Part shown: positions 1 through 20,898 of the stretch, piece by piece
Layout of the letters: every line of letters begins with the position of its first letter
Numbering within the stretch: position 1 is the stretch's first letter
Source of the DNA: an uncultured Acidobacteriota bacterium
GTDB lineage: Bacteria; Acidobacteriota; Thermoanaerobaculia; Multivoradales; SZUA-115
Direction: 5' to 3'
Assembly (NCBI GenBank): GCA_963805975.1
Contig: CAWDVR010000002.1
Coordinates: forward strand, 224,001 to 288,000
Length of the DNA stretch: 64,000 bases
Notes under the pieces: generated by a model
The model's input: the letters and a program-made list of their open reading frames with translations, nothing else
The model's database searches: none
What the model was told of the DNA's origin: nothing
Translations under genes and position numbers: made by a program

Positions 1-7795
<7,795 letters not shown>

Positions 7796-7798
7796 CGC

Positions 7799-10219
<2,421 letters not shown>

Positions 10220-10387
10220 ACCTTGGTCCCTGTCTGGTCGCAGTGCCCCGCGCCGCGATCACCCGCGGGCGGCGGGGAGCGCAGGCCGAATTCGGGGCGT
10301 TGACGAGTTTTTTCCCGAGCCTTCCGACCCGAGGCGTATCTCAAGTGCAAAGCGGACGCTCAAGCGGGACGTTCGTTACCTCTGGCG

Positions 10388-11692
10388 CTACACCGCTGCA
10401 CCATAGCGAATCAGAACCTCCGAAATCGCCCGCGCTCCAAAATCGACCGCTTCGACCGGGATGCGCTCGTCCGCGGCGTGGATGGTGGTGATGAAGTCGA
10501 GCCCCGGTGGCAGCTTCATGGGCGTGAAACCGTAGGTCTGGATGCCCAGCCGCGCGAAGAAACGGCCGTCGGTCACCGCCGGCAGCAGCATGGGCACCGG
10601 CACGGCGCCGGGGTCGGCCGCGCGCAGCACCGCGGCCAGGGTGTCGAAGAGGCCGAGGTCGACCTCGGCGCGGCCGGCCTCGAAATCCAGCACCTCGAGC
10701 TCGACCCCGGGGCCGAGGAGCGCCGCGAGCTCCGCCGCCAGGGTTTCCGCACCGAGGCCCGGCAGCACCCGGCCGTCGAGCTCTACCGTCACCTCGCTCG
10801 GCACCACGTTGAGCTTCTCGCCGCCGCGCACCACGGTCGGCGTCGCGGTGTTCGAGAGCCAGGGCGCGAAGCCCCGGCCCCTGGCCCCCAGCCAGCCCAG
10901 CACGCGGTCGGTCCACGCCGGGTCGGCGAGCCGCCGGTAGATCAGGCTGGAGGGGAACGGCAGCGCCCGGGCCATGGCCAGGAGGCGCAGGCGGGCGGCG
11001 GGGGTCACGTGCGCCGGCAGGCGGCTGCCGTCGAGGCGCGAGAGCAGCCGCCCGAGCTTGGGCATCGCTCCACCCACGACACCGAGTGCGCCGTGCCCGC
11101 CGGGCCCGCGCACCGTGGCCCGCACCCGGCAGGACTGCTTCTCCGCCACCTGGATGGGATAGAACCGCCGCCCGGCGAGGTGCTGGGTGAAGCCGCCGAA
11201 CTCGCCCAGCGCGTAGCGCACGCCCGCGAACTGCTCGGCATGCTCCTCGACCAGGAACCGCGCGCCGTAGCCGCCGCCGTTCTCCTCGTCCGCGAGCACG
11301 GCCAGGATCACGTCCCCGGCCGGCGCCAGGCCGCTCTCCCTGGCGCCGAGGACGGCCGCCAGCATCATCGCCACGCCGCCCTTCATGTCGAGGGCGCCGC
11401 GGCCCCAGACGCAGCCGTCGGCGATCTCGCCGGCGAACGGCGGGTGCTGCCAGCGCTGCTCGGCCGTGGTCACCACGTCGACGTGGCCCTGGAGCAGGAG
11501 CGGCGGCATCGCGCCGCGCCCGGGCAGGCGGGCGATCAGGTTGGGGCGCTCGGGGTCCTTGCCCAGGAGAACGGTGGAGATGCCGGCCGCGCGCAGCCAG
11601 CCGTCGACCGCCACGATGCACTCGCGCTCGCGGCCCGGAGGGTTGGTGGTGTCGAAGCGCAGCAGCTTCTGGAGGAGCTCCGCCGCCGTCAC
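10388..11692 (-). CDS. M20/M25/M40 family metallo-hydrolase (ArgE/DapE/aminoacylase-like)
   Basis: GHVDVV, WGRGALDMKG, ADEENGG, IHAADERI motifs. Start overlaps the NRPS stop (GTGA). Confidence 0.92.
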   Translation of the reverse strand: MTAAELLQKLLRFDTTNPPGRERECIVAVDGWLRAAGISTVLLGKDPERPNLIARLPGRGAMPPLLLQGHVDVVTTAEQRWQHPPFAGEIADGCVWGRGALDMKGGVAMMLAAVLGARESGLAPAGDVILAVLADEENGGGYGARFLVEEHAEQFAGVRYALGEFGGFTQHLAGRRFYPIQVAEKQSCRVRATVRGPGGHGALGVVGGAMPKLGRLLSRLDGSRLPAHVTPAARLRLLAMARALPFPSSLIYRRLADPAWTDRVLGWLGARGRGFAPWLSNTATPTVVRGGEKLNVVPSEVTVELDGRVLPGLGAETLAAELAALLGPGVELEVLDFEAGRAEVDLGLFDTLAAVLRAADPGAVPVPMLLPAVTDGRFFARLGIQTYGFTPMKLPPGLDFITTIHAADERIPVEAVDFGARAISEVLIRYGAAV

Positions 11693-14600
11693 GCGATGTC
11701 CACCAGGGCTCGCGCCAACGCCTCCTGCCCCACCTCGCCGAGCAGGCTCTCCTCGACCGCAGAGGCGAGGCCGGCCACGGTCGGCGACTCGACCAGCGAC
11801 CGCACCGCGAGCTCGACGCCGAAGGTGTCGCGCACCCGCGACAGCACCCGCGTGGCGAGGAGCGAATGGCCGCCCAGGGCAAAGAAGTCGTCGTGGCGGC
11901 CGATCGAGCCCACGCCCAGGAGCTCGGTCCAGATCTCGGCCACCATCTCCTCGATGGCGTTGGCGGGCGGCTCGTACGCCTCGTGCGCCGCCGCGGCCTC
12001 GGGCGCCGGCAGGGCGCGGCGGTCGAGCTTGCCGTTGGGCGTGAGCGGCAGGGCCTCCAGGAAGACGAAGGCCGAGGGCACCATGTAGCTCGGCAGGCTG
12101 CCGCCCAGGAAGGCGCGCAGCTCGGCGACGCCCAGCTCCGTGACGTTCAACTCCGGTGGGTTCGTCTGCGCGGGGCCATCGAGCACCAGGTACGCGGCGA
12201 GGAAGGCGTTCAAGCCCTGGCCCTGCTCCTGGCGGGCGACCACCACGCAGTCGCGCACCCGGGGGTGCTGGCGTAGCGCCGACTCCACCTCCCCCAGCTC
12301 GATGCGGAAGCCCCGCACTTTCACCTGGTGGTCGATGCGGCCCAGGAACTCGAGCTTGCCGTCGGGCCGGAACCGCACCAGGTCGCCGGTGCGGTAGAGC
12401 CGCGCTCCAGCGGGCTGCGCCGGGGCCCCGTCGGCGGCGCCGGCCAGGGGATGGGGCACGAACTTCTCCGCCGTGAGGCCCGGCCGCCCGAGGTAGCCGC
12501 GGGCGAGGCCCACGCCGCCCAGCAGCAGCTCGCCCGCCACCCCCACCGGCACCGGGCGGCGCTCGCGGTCCAGCACGTAGGCGCGCGTGCCGGCGAGCGG
12601 GCGCCCGATCAGCACCGGCCCGTCGCCGCGCGGCACCAGCTCGCCGGTCGAGTAGGTGGTCTCCTCCGAGGGGCCGTAGAGGTTGTAGACCCGCGCCGCG
12701 GCGGTGCCGGCGTAGAGCTCGTCCACCAGGCTCCGGGCCAGCGGCTCGCCGGCCAGGTTGATGGTCTGGACGGACCGCGGGAAGCCGCCGCTCCGCGCCA
12801 GCTCGGCCGCGGCCGAGGGCACGGTGTTGACCAGCGTCACCCGGTCTGCGGCAGGCAGGCCCGGCAGGGCGAGCGCGTTGTCCGCCAGGATCACCGTGCC
12901 GCCAGCCGCCAGCGGCACGAAGAGCTCGAACACCGAGAGGTCGAAGCAGATCGAGGTCGAGGCCAGGGTGCCGGCCAGCTCCTCGCGGCTGAAGACCGAG
13001 AGGCCCCAGCGCACCATGGCCACGGCGCTCCGGTGGGAGAGCGCCACGCCCTTGGGCTTACCCGTAGAGCCCGAGGTGTAGATCAGGTAGGCGAGGTGGT
13101 CGGGGTCGACCCGCGCCGGCTGTGGCAGCGGCGACTCGGGCGGCTCGCCCGGTTCTTCGGCATCCCCCTCTTCGAGATCCCCCTCTTCGAGATCCAAATC
13201 CTCGACCCAGAGCACCTCGAAGTCGCCGCTCGGCTGCCGCCTCGCGAGCTGGCGCTCGGACACCAGCACCGAGACCCGGCTGTCGGCGCAGAGCAGCGCC
13301 AGGCGCTCGGCGGGATAGTCGGGATCGAGCGGCACGTAGGCGCCGCCCGCCTCGAGCACGGCGAGGATCGCGACCGGCAGCGGCAGCTTGCGCTCGAGGA
13401 AGATCCCCACCCGCACCTCGGGCCCGACCCCCAGCCGTGCCAGGCGCCGCGCCAGGCGGCCCGCCCGGCAGTCCAACTGGGCATAGGTCAGCGCTTCGGT
13501 GCCGGCGATGACCGCCACCGCGCCGGGTGTCGCCAGGGCCTGGCGCCGAACCAGGCCGTGCAGCAGATCGTCGCTCGCCGCCGCCTCGTGCCCGCTCCAG
13601 TCGACGAGGATCTGCCGCTCCTCCTCCGCGGTCAGCACGGCCAAGGTCGAGAGGCGCGCGCCGGGTGCGGCCAGCGCCGCCTCGAGCAGCCGCTGGAAGT
13701 GTCCCAGCAGGCGCTTCGCCGTCGCCTCCTCGAAGAGGTCGGCGTTGTACTGCAGCGAGGCCAGAAGGCCGTCCCGCTCCTCGGCGATGGCCAGCGTCAG
13801 GTCGAACTGCGAGCCGCCGTGAGAGAGCGGCTGCGAGTCGAGGGTCAGGGCGCCGAGCGAGACGTGGGCGTCCGGCGCCGAGAGCACGTAGCGGGCGAGG
13901 CCATCCTCGCCGGCCCACCGTGCCTTGAGCCACACGAACATCGCCTGGAAGACCGGCGAGCGGCTGGCGTCGCGGCCCGCCGCCAGCTTCTCGGCCAGCA
14001 GCGGGAAGGGATAGCGCTGGTGATCGAACGCCTCGCTGAGCGTGGCCCGCGCGCGGTCGACCAGCTCGTCGAAGCTGGGATCGCCGGCGAGGTCGGCGCG
14101 CACCACCACCGGGTTGACGAAATAGCCGACCACACTGGCGAAGCCGGCGCGGTTGCCGACCGGCGAGCCGACGGCAAAGTCCCGCTGGCCGGTCCAGCGG
14201 CCGAGGAGCGCCTGGAACGCGGCCATGCCGACGGTGTAGGGCGTGGCACGGTGGGCGCGGGCGAGCTTGCGGAGCGCGGCGACTACTGGGCCCGCGATCT
14301 CGAGCTGCGCCACGTTGCCGCGGTAGGTCTGCACCGGCGGCCGCGGGCGGTCGGTGGGCAGGTCGAGCTCCGGGGTGCCGGCCAGCTTCTCCTGCCAGTG
14401 CGCGAAGTCGGCGGCGCCCTCCGCGCTCAGGACGTGCGCGCGTTGGCCGGCCACGAACTCGGCGTAGGTCGCCGCCGGCCGGCCGAGCTCGGGCATCTCC
14501 AGGAGGCCGGGCCGGTAGAGGCCCGAGAGCTCGTGGATGAGCAGGCCGATCGACCAGAAGTCGGCCACCGCGTGGTGTACCGAGACCACCATGTAGTGCT

Positions 14601-15012
14601 CGCCGGCCGAGGAGCGCAGGACCGTGATGCGGATCAGGGGGCCGGTCTCGAGGTCGAACGGCCGGTAGGCCTCCTCCTCGAGCCGGGCCTGCAGCGCTTC
14701 CGGAGAGAAGCCGGAGGCGTCCAGCAGCCGGAAGTCGAAGCGCGCCTCCGGCGAGACCACCTGCACCGGCTCGCCGGCCTCTTCGTGAAAGGTGGTGCGC
14801 AGCGTCGCATGGCGCTCCACGAGCCGGCGGAGGGCACGGCGCAGGGCCTCGAGGTCGAGGTCCCCGCGTACACGGCCGGCCGCTGCCAGGTTGTAGGCGG
14901 AGCTGTCCGGAGCCAGGCGGGCGAGATACCAGAGGGCCCGCTGGCCGAACGACACCGCGAGCCCTGGGCTCTCGGCGACGGGGTCGAGGAGGTACGAACG
15001 CTGTGCTTGCAT
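11689..15012 (-). CDS. Single-module NRPS (C-A-T), probably Ala-activating
   Basis: C domain (SFGQRALW, HHAVADFWS), A domain ([41 protein letters not shown]), T domain (FFALGGHSL). Confidence 0.93.
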   Translation of the reverse strand: MQAQRSYLLDPVAESPGLAVSFGQRALWYLARLAPDSSAYNLAAAGRVRGDLDLEALRRALRRLVERHATLRTTFHEEAGEPVQVVSPEARFDFRLLDASGFSPEALQARLEEEAYRPFDLETGPLIRITVLRSSAGEHYMVVSVHHAVADFWSIGLLIHELSGLYRPGLLEMPELGRPAATYAEFVAGQRAHVLSAEGAADFAHWQEKLAGTPELDLPTDRPRPPVQTYRGNVAQLEIAGPVVAALRKLARAHRATPYTVGMAAFQALLGRWTGQRDFAVGSPVGNRAGFASVVGYFVNPVVVRADLAGDPSFDELVDRARATLSEAFDHQRYPFPLLAEKLAAGRDASRSPVFQAMFVWLKARWAGEDGLARYVLSAPDAHVSLGALTLDSQPLSHGGSQFDLTLAIAEERDGLLASLQYNADLFEEATAKRLLGHFQRLLEAALAAPGARLSTLAVLTAEEERQILVDWSGHEAAASDDLLHGLVRRQALATPGAVAVIAGTEALTYAQLDCRAGRLARRLARLGVGPEVRVGIFLERKLPLPVAILAVLEAGGAYVPLDPDYPAERLALLCADSRVSVLVSERQLARRQPSGDFEVLWVEDLDLEEGDLEEGDAEEPGEPPESPLPQPARVDPDHLAYLIYTSGSTGKPKGVALSHRSAVAMVRWGLSVFSREELAGTLASTSICFDLSVFELFVPLAAGGTVILADNALALPGLPAADRVTLVNTVPSAAAELARSGGFPRSVQTINLAGEPLARSLVDELYAGTAAARVYNLYGPSEETTYSTGELVPRGDGPVLIGRPLAGTRAYVLDRERRPVPVGVAGELLLGGVGLARGYLGRPGLTAEKFVPHPLAGAADGAPAQPAGARLYRTGDLVRFRPDGKLEFLGRIDHQVKVRGFRIELGEVESALRQHPRVRDCVVVARQEQGQGLNAFLAAYLVLDGPAQTNPPELNVTELGVAELRAFLGGSLPSYMVPSAFVFLEALPLTPNGKLDRRALPAPEAAAAHEAYEPPANAIEEMVAEIWTELLGVGSIGRHDDFFALGGHSLLATRVLSRVRDTFGVELAVRSLVESPTVAGLASAVEESLLGEVGQEALARALVDIA

Positions 15013-15212
15013 GGTGCGGTGTTACGACGACGACGTTCAAGTGCTCGAAAGGACGCCAAACGGGACACCGACGGAGAGCAAATCCGCCCTCAACTTCTGA
15101 GAACACTAGGGTTATGAATGGCTGTTTCTTTGAGTGCCAAGGCCCTCTTTCTCTATTACCGAAAGAGCGATCGTCCCGCGAGGCCTCCCAGGCCGGGCGG
15201 TCGGCCTCTGCC

Positions 15213-16295
15213 TCAGCCCGCGACGGCGCGGGCGAGGAGATCCCCGACCTGGCCGGTGGTGAGCGTACCGCCGAGGTCCACGGTGGTCTGGCGGGCGCGG
15301 ATCGCGTCCCGCACCGCGGACTCCACCACCGCCGCCGCCTCGGCGTGCCCGAGGTAGTCGAGCATCAGCGCCGCCGAGAGGATGGCGCCCATCGGGTTCG
15401 CGCGCCCGGTGCCCGCGTACTTGGGGGCCGAGCCGTGCACCGGCTCGAACATCGAGGTGCGGCCGGGATGGAGGTTGGCCGAGGCGGCGAGCCCCAACCC
15501 TCCCTGGAGCGCCGCCCCCAGGTCGGTCAGGATGTCGCCGAACATGTTGTTGGTGACGATGACGTCGAAGTTCTCCGGCGCGCGCACCATCTGCATGGCC
15601 AAGGCGTCGACGAAGAAGTGCTCGGTGGCGATCCCCGGATAGTCCCGCGCCACCTCCGCGAAGGCGCGCTGCCAGAGGCCGTGCGCGTGCTGCATCACGT
15701 TCGACTTGTCGGCCATCGTCACTTTCTTGCGGCCGTTCGCCACCGCGTAGTCGAAGGCGGCGCGGAGGATGCGCTCGACGCCCTTGCGAGTGTGGATCTC
15801 CTCCTGCATCGCGACCTCGTCCGGCGTGCCCTTCTTGAACACGCCCCCCACGCCTACGTAGGCGCCTTCCGTGTTCTCGCGGAAGACCACCATGTCCACG
15901 TCCTGCTCGGTCTTGCCCTTGAGCGGGCAGAGGCGCGCGTCGTAGAGCTTCACCGGCCGGAAGTTGATGTAGAGGTCGAGGCCAAAGCGGGTGCCGAGCA
16001 GGATGTCCGCGGCGTGCTTCATGTCCGGCACGCGGGGATCGCCGTAGGCGCCGATGAACACCGCGGCGTGGTGGTCCCGGAAGTCCTCGAGCGCGCCGGC
16101 CGGCAGGGTCTCGCCGGTCGCGAGATAACGGTCCGCGTCCCAGTCGAGGTGCGAAAGCTCGAACGGCAGGGCGAAGCGCTCGCCCACCGCCGCGAGCACC
16201 TTCACCGCTTCCGCCGTCACGTCCTTGCCGATGCCGTCGCCGGGCAGGACGGCGATCTTCTGTGGCCGCCGATCGCGGGGATGGGTCTCGTTCAT
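15213..16295 (-). CDS. leuB: Isocitrate/isopropylmalate/tartrate dehydrogenase family protein (3-isopropylmalate dehydrogenase-like)
   Basis: IAVLPGDGIG, FRENTEG, NNMFGDILTD, MFEPVHGSAP, ANPMGAILS. Confidence 0.75.
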   Translation of the reverse strand: MNETHPRDRRPQKIAVLPGDGIGKDVTAEAVKVLAAVGERFALPFELSHLDWDADRYLATGETLPAGALEDFRDHHAAVFIGAYGDPRVPDMKHAADILLGTRFGLDLYINFRPVKLYDARLCPLKGKTEQDVDMVVFRENTEGAYVGVGGVFKKGTPDEVAMQEEIHTRKGVERILRAAFDYAVANGRKKVTMADKSNVMQHAHGLWQRAFAEVARDYPGIATEHFFVDALAMQMVRAPENFDVIVTNNMFGDILTDLGAALQGGLGLAASANLHPGRTSMFEPVHGSAPKYAGTGRANPMGAILSAALMLDYLGHAEAAAVVESAVRDAIRARQTTVDLGGTLTTGQVGDLLARAVAG

Positions 16296-16366
16296 GTCAG
16301 GGGGGGCTCCAGGGAAGGGTTCGGGCGAGGCGGCGGGAAAATATCACGGCGGCCGCAGCCCCTCGC

Positions 16367-17143
16367 CTACGCCGCGACACGCTGCCCAGTGCGGCGCGCC
16401 GGGTCGGCGGCGACCAGCGGCGCCGAGGCGGGGAGCGGGGAGGGGACCAGCCCGAGCGCCAGCTCGAAGCTCATCGGCACCTCCGGGCAGAGGAAGGCCG
16501 AGTGCAGCGGCGTGAGCTCGGAGACCCCCAGGGCCTCCGCCGCCAGCCCGCCCTCGAGGACCTCGGCCTGGAGGGGCCAGGCCTCGACCCGCGGGTGCGC
16601 GGCATCGATCCGCGACAGCCGCTCGCGGCGCAGGACATAGCCGCGCGGCCGGTGGCGGAAGTAGGTCACCGTCGCCTCCCAGGAAGAGAGCCGCGGCCCG
16701 CTGCCGGCCATCGGCGACCCCAGCCGGGCCTCGACCGCGAGCCGGCTGCCGGCCCCGACCGACCAGCGCCAGGAGTCGCTCCCCTCGCTCGCCACCCGGG
16801 CCGGGAGCTCGAACTGCGCGGCGCTCATCGGTTGCCGGTTGAGCCAGGCCGCCGGCAGCACCCAGGCCGGCACCAGCATGCGGCGGAAGAGCACCGAGGG
16901 CACGTTCTGGCCGTCCTGCACGTAGAGGCGGAAGTTGGCCTGCGGATGGCTGAGGCGAGGCAGCGGCAGCGCCTCGAGGTGCAGGCCCTGGTGACGGAAC
17001 ACCACGGCCGAGGCGAACACGACCTTGCAGCCGGCGTCCTCGTGCACCTCGTAGGAGAGCGGCGCGGGCGGCGCGGGCAGGCTCGAGAGCGGCAGTGCCC
17101 AGTTCAGGTACAGGCAGTCGCGGAGAGTGGAGCGCACCTTCAT
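16367..17143 (-). CDS. DUF2071/YqjF-like protein
   Basis: Pattern 'LYLNWALP...LP...L...NFRLYV...VLF...HPRVEAWPLQAE' resembles DUF2071. Fits the gene tiling. Confidence 0.6.
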   Translation of the reverse strand: MKVRSTLRDCLYLNWALPLSSLPAPPAPLSYEVHEDAGCKVVFASAVVFRHQGLHLEALPLPRLSHPQANFRLYVQDGQNVPSVLFRRMLVPAWVLPAAWLNRQPMSAAQFELPARVASEGSDSWRWSVGAGSRLAVEARLGSPMAGSGPRLSSWEATVTYFRHRPRGYVLRRERLSRIDAAHPRVEAWPLQAEVLEGGLAAEALGVSELTPLHSAFLCPEVPMSFELALGLVPSPLPASAPLVAADPARRTGQRVAA

Positions 17144-17183
17144 GAGCGGGCGGCGGGCGGGGAGGGACTGGAGCTCGAGCGAG

Positions 17184-18197
<1,014 letters not shown>

Positions 18198-18317
18198 CGC
18201 GTTTCTCGGCTTCGCCCGATCGTCACGCTCGATCGCAATTGGGAGAAGGATCGGTCAAAAGCTATCACCAGGGCTCGGGAGCGTCAATCAAGTCGCTGAC
18301 AGGTAAACGTTTCCGTC

Positions 18318-19046
18318 TCAAGTGTAGAGCGCGAGAAAGCGGTCCAGCAGCCGGTCCGACTCGGGGCTGGGCCGGAGCTGGGCGTCGAAGGTGGCCACCG
18401 CCTCGTCGCCGCCCGGCAGGTAGTCGCGGTAGACGCGCACCCGGGCCCGCATGTCGGGCTCGGACATCTCGCTGTGGAACTGCGAGCCGTAGGCCGGCTT
18501 GCCGGCGACGCGCACGAGCTGGTGGCGGCAGCGCTCGCTCGAGGCCAGGGTGAGGAGGCCGGCAGGCGCCTGGTCGATGCGGTCCTTGTGCCCGAGCTGG
18601 ATGGCGAAGCGCTCGGGCAGGCCGGCGGTGAGCGGGTCGCCGCGGCCGGCTTCGGTCAAGAAGGCATCGAAGGTGCCTACCTCTGCAGTCGCCTCGTCGG
18701 TGATCACCGTGCCGCCCAGGACGTGGCCCAGGAACTGGTGCCCCCAGCAGGAGCCGAAGAACGGCCGCTCGTCGTCGATCAGGCGCCGCACCACGCCGGC
18801 GAGCGGCGCCGTGAACTCGTACTCCTGGGTCACCGAGTGCGAGCCGGCGCCGCCCAGGATCACGGCGTCGGCGCCCTCGGTGTCCTGGTAGCGGATGGCT
18901 GGGCGCTCGGTGACGTTGTAGACCATGAGCTGCGCGCGGGATATCCGGCAGCGCTCGAGCACGCAGCCGCGCTCCTGCTCGGCCGCCACCGGATGGTCGC
19001 GCACCTGGATGAGGAGGAGCCTGACCTGCTCTCGTGGCTTCGCCAT
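18318..19046 (-). CDS. Type 1 glutamine amidotransferase (GMP-synthase-like GATase1)
   Basis: GSCWGHQ nucleophile motif and QFHSE His-Glu dyad. Confidence 0.88.
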   Translation of the reverse strand: MAKPREQVRLLLIQVRDHPVAAEQERGCVLERCRISRAQLMVYNVTERPAIRYQDTEGADAVILGGAGSHSVTQEYEFTAPLAGVVRRLIDDERPFFGSCWGHQFLGHVLGGTVITDEATAEVGTFDAFLTEAGRGDPLTAGLPERFAIQLGHKDRIDQAPAGLLTLASSERCRHQLVRVAGKPAYGSQFHSEMSEPDMRARVRVYRDYLPGGDEAVATFDAQLRPSPESDRLLDRFLALYT

Positions 19047-19868
19047 CTACTTGCTCACCAGCTCGCCGGCGCGGCGGCTCGCCTCGACGATGGTCTTGAT
19101 CAGCGTCACCCGCAGGCCGCCCTCTTCGAGCTGCAGAATGCCGTCGATGGTGCAGCCGGCGGGCGTGGTGACGGCGTCCTTGAGCTGCGCCGGGTGCTGG
19201 CCGGTCTCGAGCACCATGCGGGCGGCGCCCAGGCAGCTCTGCGCCGCGAGCTCGGTCGCGATGTTCCGCGGCAGGCCCACCTTGACGCCGCCCTCGGCCA
19301 GCGCCTCGATGACGATGTAGATGAACGCCGGGCCGCTGCCCGAGAGGCCGGTGACCGCGTCGAAATACTTCTCGTCGAGCACCAGGGCGCGGCCCAGGCG
19401 CTCGAACGCGCCGTTGGCCAGGGCGAGCTGCTCCGGGCTCGTCCACCGGCCGCCGCAGAGCACGGTCATGCCGGCGCCGATGAGCGCCGGGGTGTTGGGC
19501 ATGGCCCGCACCACCGGCACCGATGCCGCCAGGCGCTGCTCGATGAACGACGTCGAGACGCTGGCCAGGATCGAGAGCACGAGCTGGCGCGGCTCGAGCA
19601 CGTCCCTGAGCTCGGCCAGGAGGCCCTCCGCGCCCTGCGGCTTGACGCCCAGGAGCACCACGTCCGCGCCGGCCGCGGCCTCCCGGTTGTCGAGCGTGGT
19701 GGCGACGCCGAGCTCGCGGCCCACGGCCTCCAGCCGCTCGGCATGGCGGGCGGTGGCGACCACCGACCCGCGCTCGACCACGCCGGATTCGATCCAGGCG
19801 CGGGCGAGGGTCGAGCCCATCTTACCGGCGCCAAGGATGGCCAAACGTCCCAGTCGTGTCGTGCTCAT
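19047..19868 (-). CDS. proC: Pyrroline-5-carboxylate reductase
   Basis: ILGAGKMG, VKPQ, RAMPNTP, TGLSGSGPAF, VTTPAGCT. Start MSTTRL at 19868. Confidence 0.95.
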   Translation of the reverse strand: MSTTRLGRLAILGAGKMGSTLARAWIESGVVERGSVVATARHAERLEAVGRELGVATTLDNREAAAGADVVLLGVKPQGAEGLLAELRDVLEPRQLVLSILASVSTSFIEQRLAASVPVVRAMPNTPALIGAGMTVLCGGRWTSPEQLALANGAFERLGRALVLDEKYFDAVTGLSGSGPAFIYIVIEALAEGGVKVGLPRNIATELAAQSCLGAARMVLETGQHPAQLKDAVTTPAGCTIDGILQLEEGGLRVTLIKTIVEASRRAGELVSK

Positions 19869-19941
19869 GGTCGTAGATCCTGGAGCCAAACGGCCGGCAC
19901 AGGCTTCTGACGGCCGGCACAGGTCCGGCCGTCTGGCTTTC

Positions 19942-20847
19942 TCATTCGCGGCCGCCGGCGAGCATCGCCTTGAGCACGTGGCCCGCGACCTCGGGGTTCT
20001 CGCGCAGGCGGCGGATCGAGTACGGGTACCAGTCGACGCCGTAGGGCACGTAGACCCGGAGCCGATGACCCTGCTCGAGGAGGATCGAGCGCAGGCCCTC
20101 GTCCACCCCCAGGAGCATCTGGAACTCGTAGCGGTCGCGCGGCACGCCCAGCTTGTCGACCAGCGCCGTCGCCGCGCAGGCCAAGTGCTCGTCGTGGGTC
20201 GCAATGCCGACGTAGACGCCGCGGGTCAAGAGCTTCTCGAGCGCCGAGACGAAGTTCCAGCGCACCGTGTCGTAGCCCTTCCAGGCCACCCGCCGCGGCT
20301 CGATGTAGATGCCTTTGCACAGCCGCACGTTGGCGCCCTGGGCGGGCAGCTCGTCGATGTCCTTCAAGGTACGCCGCATGTAGGCCTGGAATACCACCCC
20401 CAGGTTGCCGTGGCGCTCGAACAGGCGGCGGTAGATGCGGAGCGTGGAGTCCGTGGTCGAGGCGTCCTCCATGTCGATGCGCACGAAGTTGCCGCGCTCC
20501 TTGGCGGCGACCACCAGGCGCTCGATCGAGGCCTCACAGAATCCCTCGTCGATCTTCAGGCCCAGCATCGTCGGCTTGATCGACACGTTCGAGTCCAGGC
20601 CCTGGGCCGCGATCTCCTCCAGGCAGCGCAGGTACTCTTCCACCGAGGCCTCGGCCTTGGCGCGCTTCGAGACCTCCTCGCCGAGCACGTCCAGCGTCGC
20701 CATGGCGCCCTGGGCGTTCAGGCGGCGGACGGTGGCGAGCGCTTCCTGGCGGGTGGAGCCTGCCACGTAGCGGGCGGCCACCCGGCCGACGATGAACTTC
20801 GGCACCAGCGGCAGCGTGGTGACGACCAGCCGGGAGAAGAGGCTCAT
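19942..20847 (-). CDS. Monofunctional proline dehydrogenase
   Basis: RYVAG, RIDMED, RLCKGIY, IATHD, EFQMLLG, YVPYG...RRLREN. Confidence 0.93.
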   Translation of the reverse strand: MSLFSRLVVTTLPLVPKFIVGRVAARYVAGSTRQEALATVRRLNAQGAMATLDVLGEEVSKRAKAEASVEEYLRCLEEIAAQGLDSNVSIKPTMLGLKIDEGFCEASIERLVVAAKERGNFVRIDMEDASTTDSTLRIYRRLFERHGNLGVVFQAYMRRTLKDIDELPAQGANVRLCKGIYIEPRRVAWKGYDTVRWNFVSALEKLLTRGVYVGIATHDEHLACAATALVDKLGVPRDRYEFQMLLGVDEGLRSILLEQGHRLRVYVPYGVDWYPYSIRRLRENPEVAGHVLKAMLAGGRE

Positions 20848-20898
20848 CGGGCGGTCGCGACGGTCCGGGGAGGCGGTTCTCGGTAACGGGGACGGCTG

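Noticed and set aside
10250-10265. 16-bp match (GCGCCGCGATCACCCG) to the unit 2 arm of the NRPS element upstream of the permease
   Set aside because: Only one arm, very GC-rich, with no conserved loop; could be chance.
15128-15145. TTGGCAC sigma54 -24-like box upstream of the NRPS cluster
   Set aside because: No TTGC -12 element at the required spacing.
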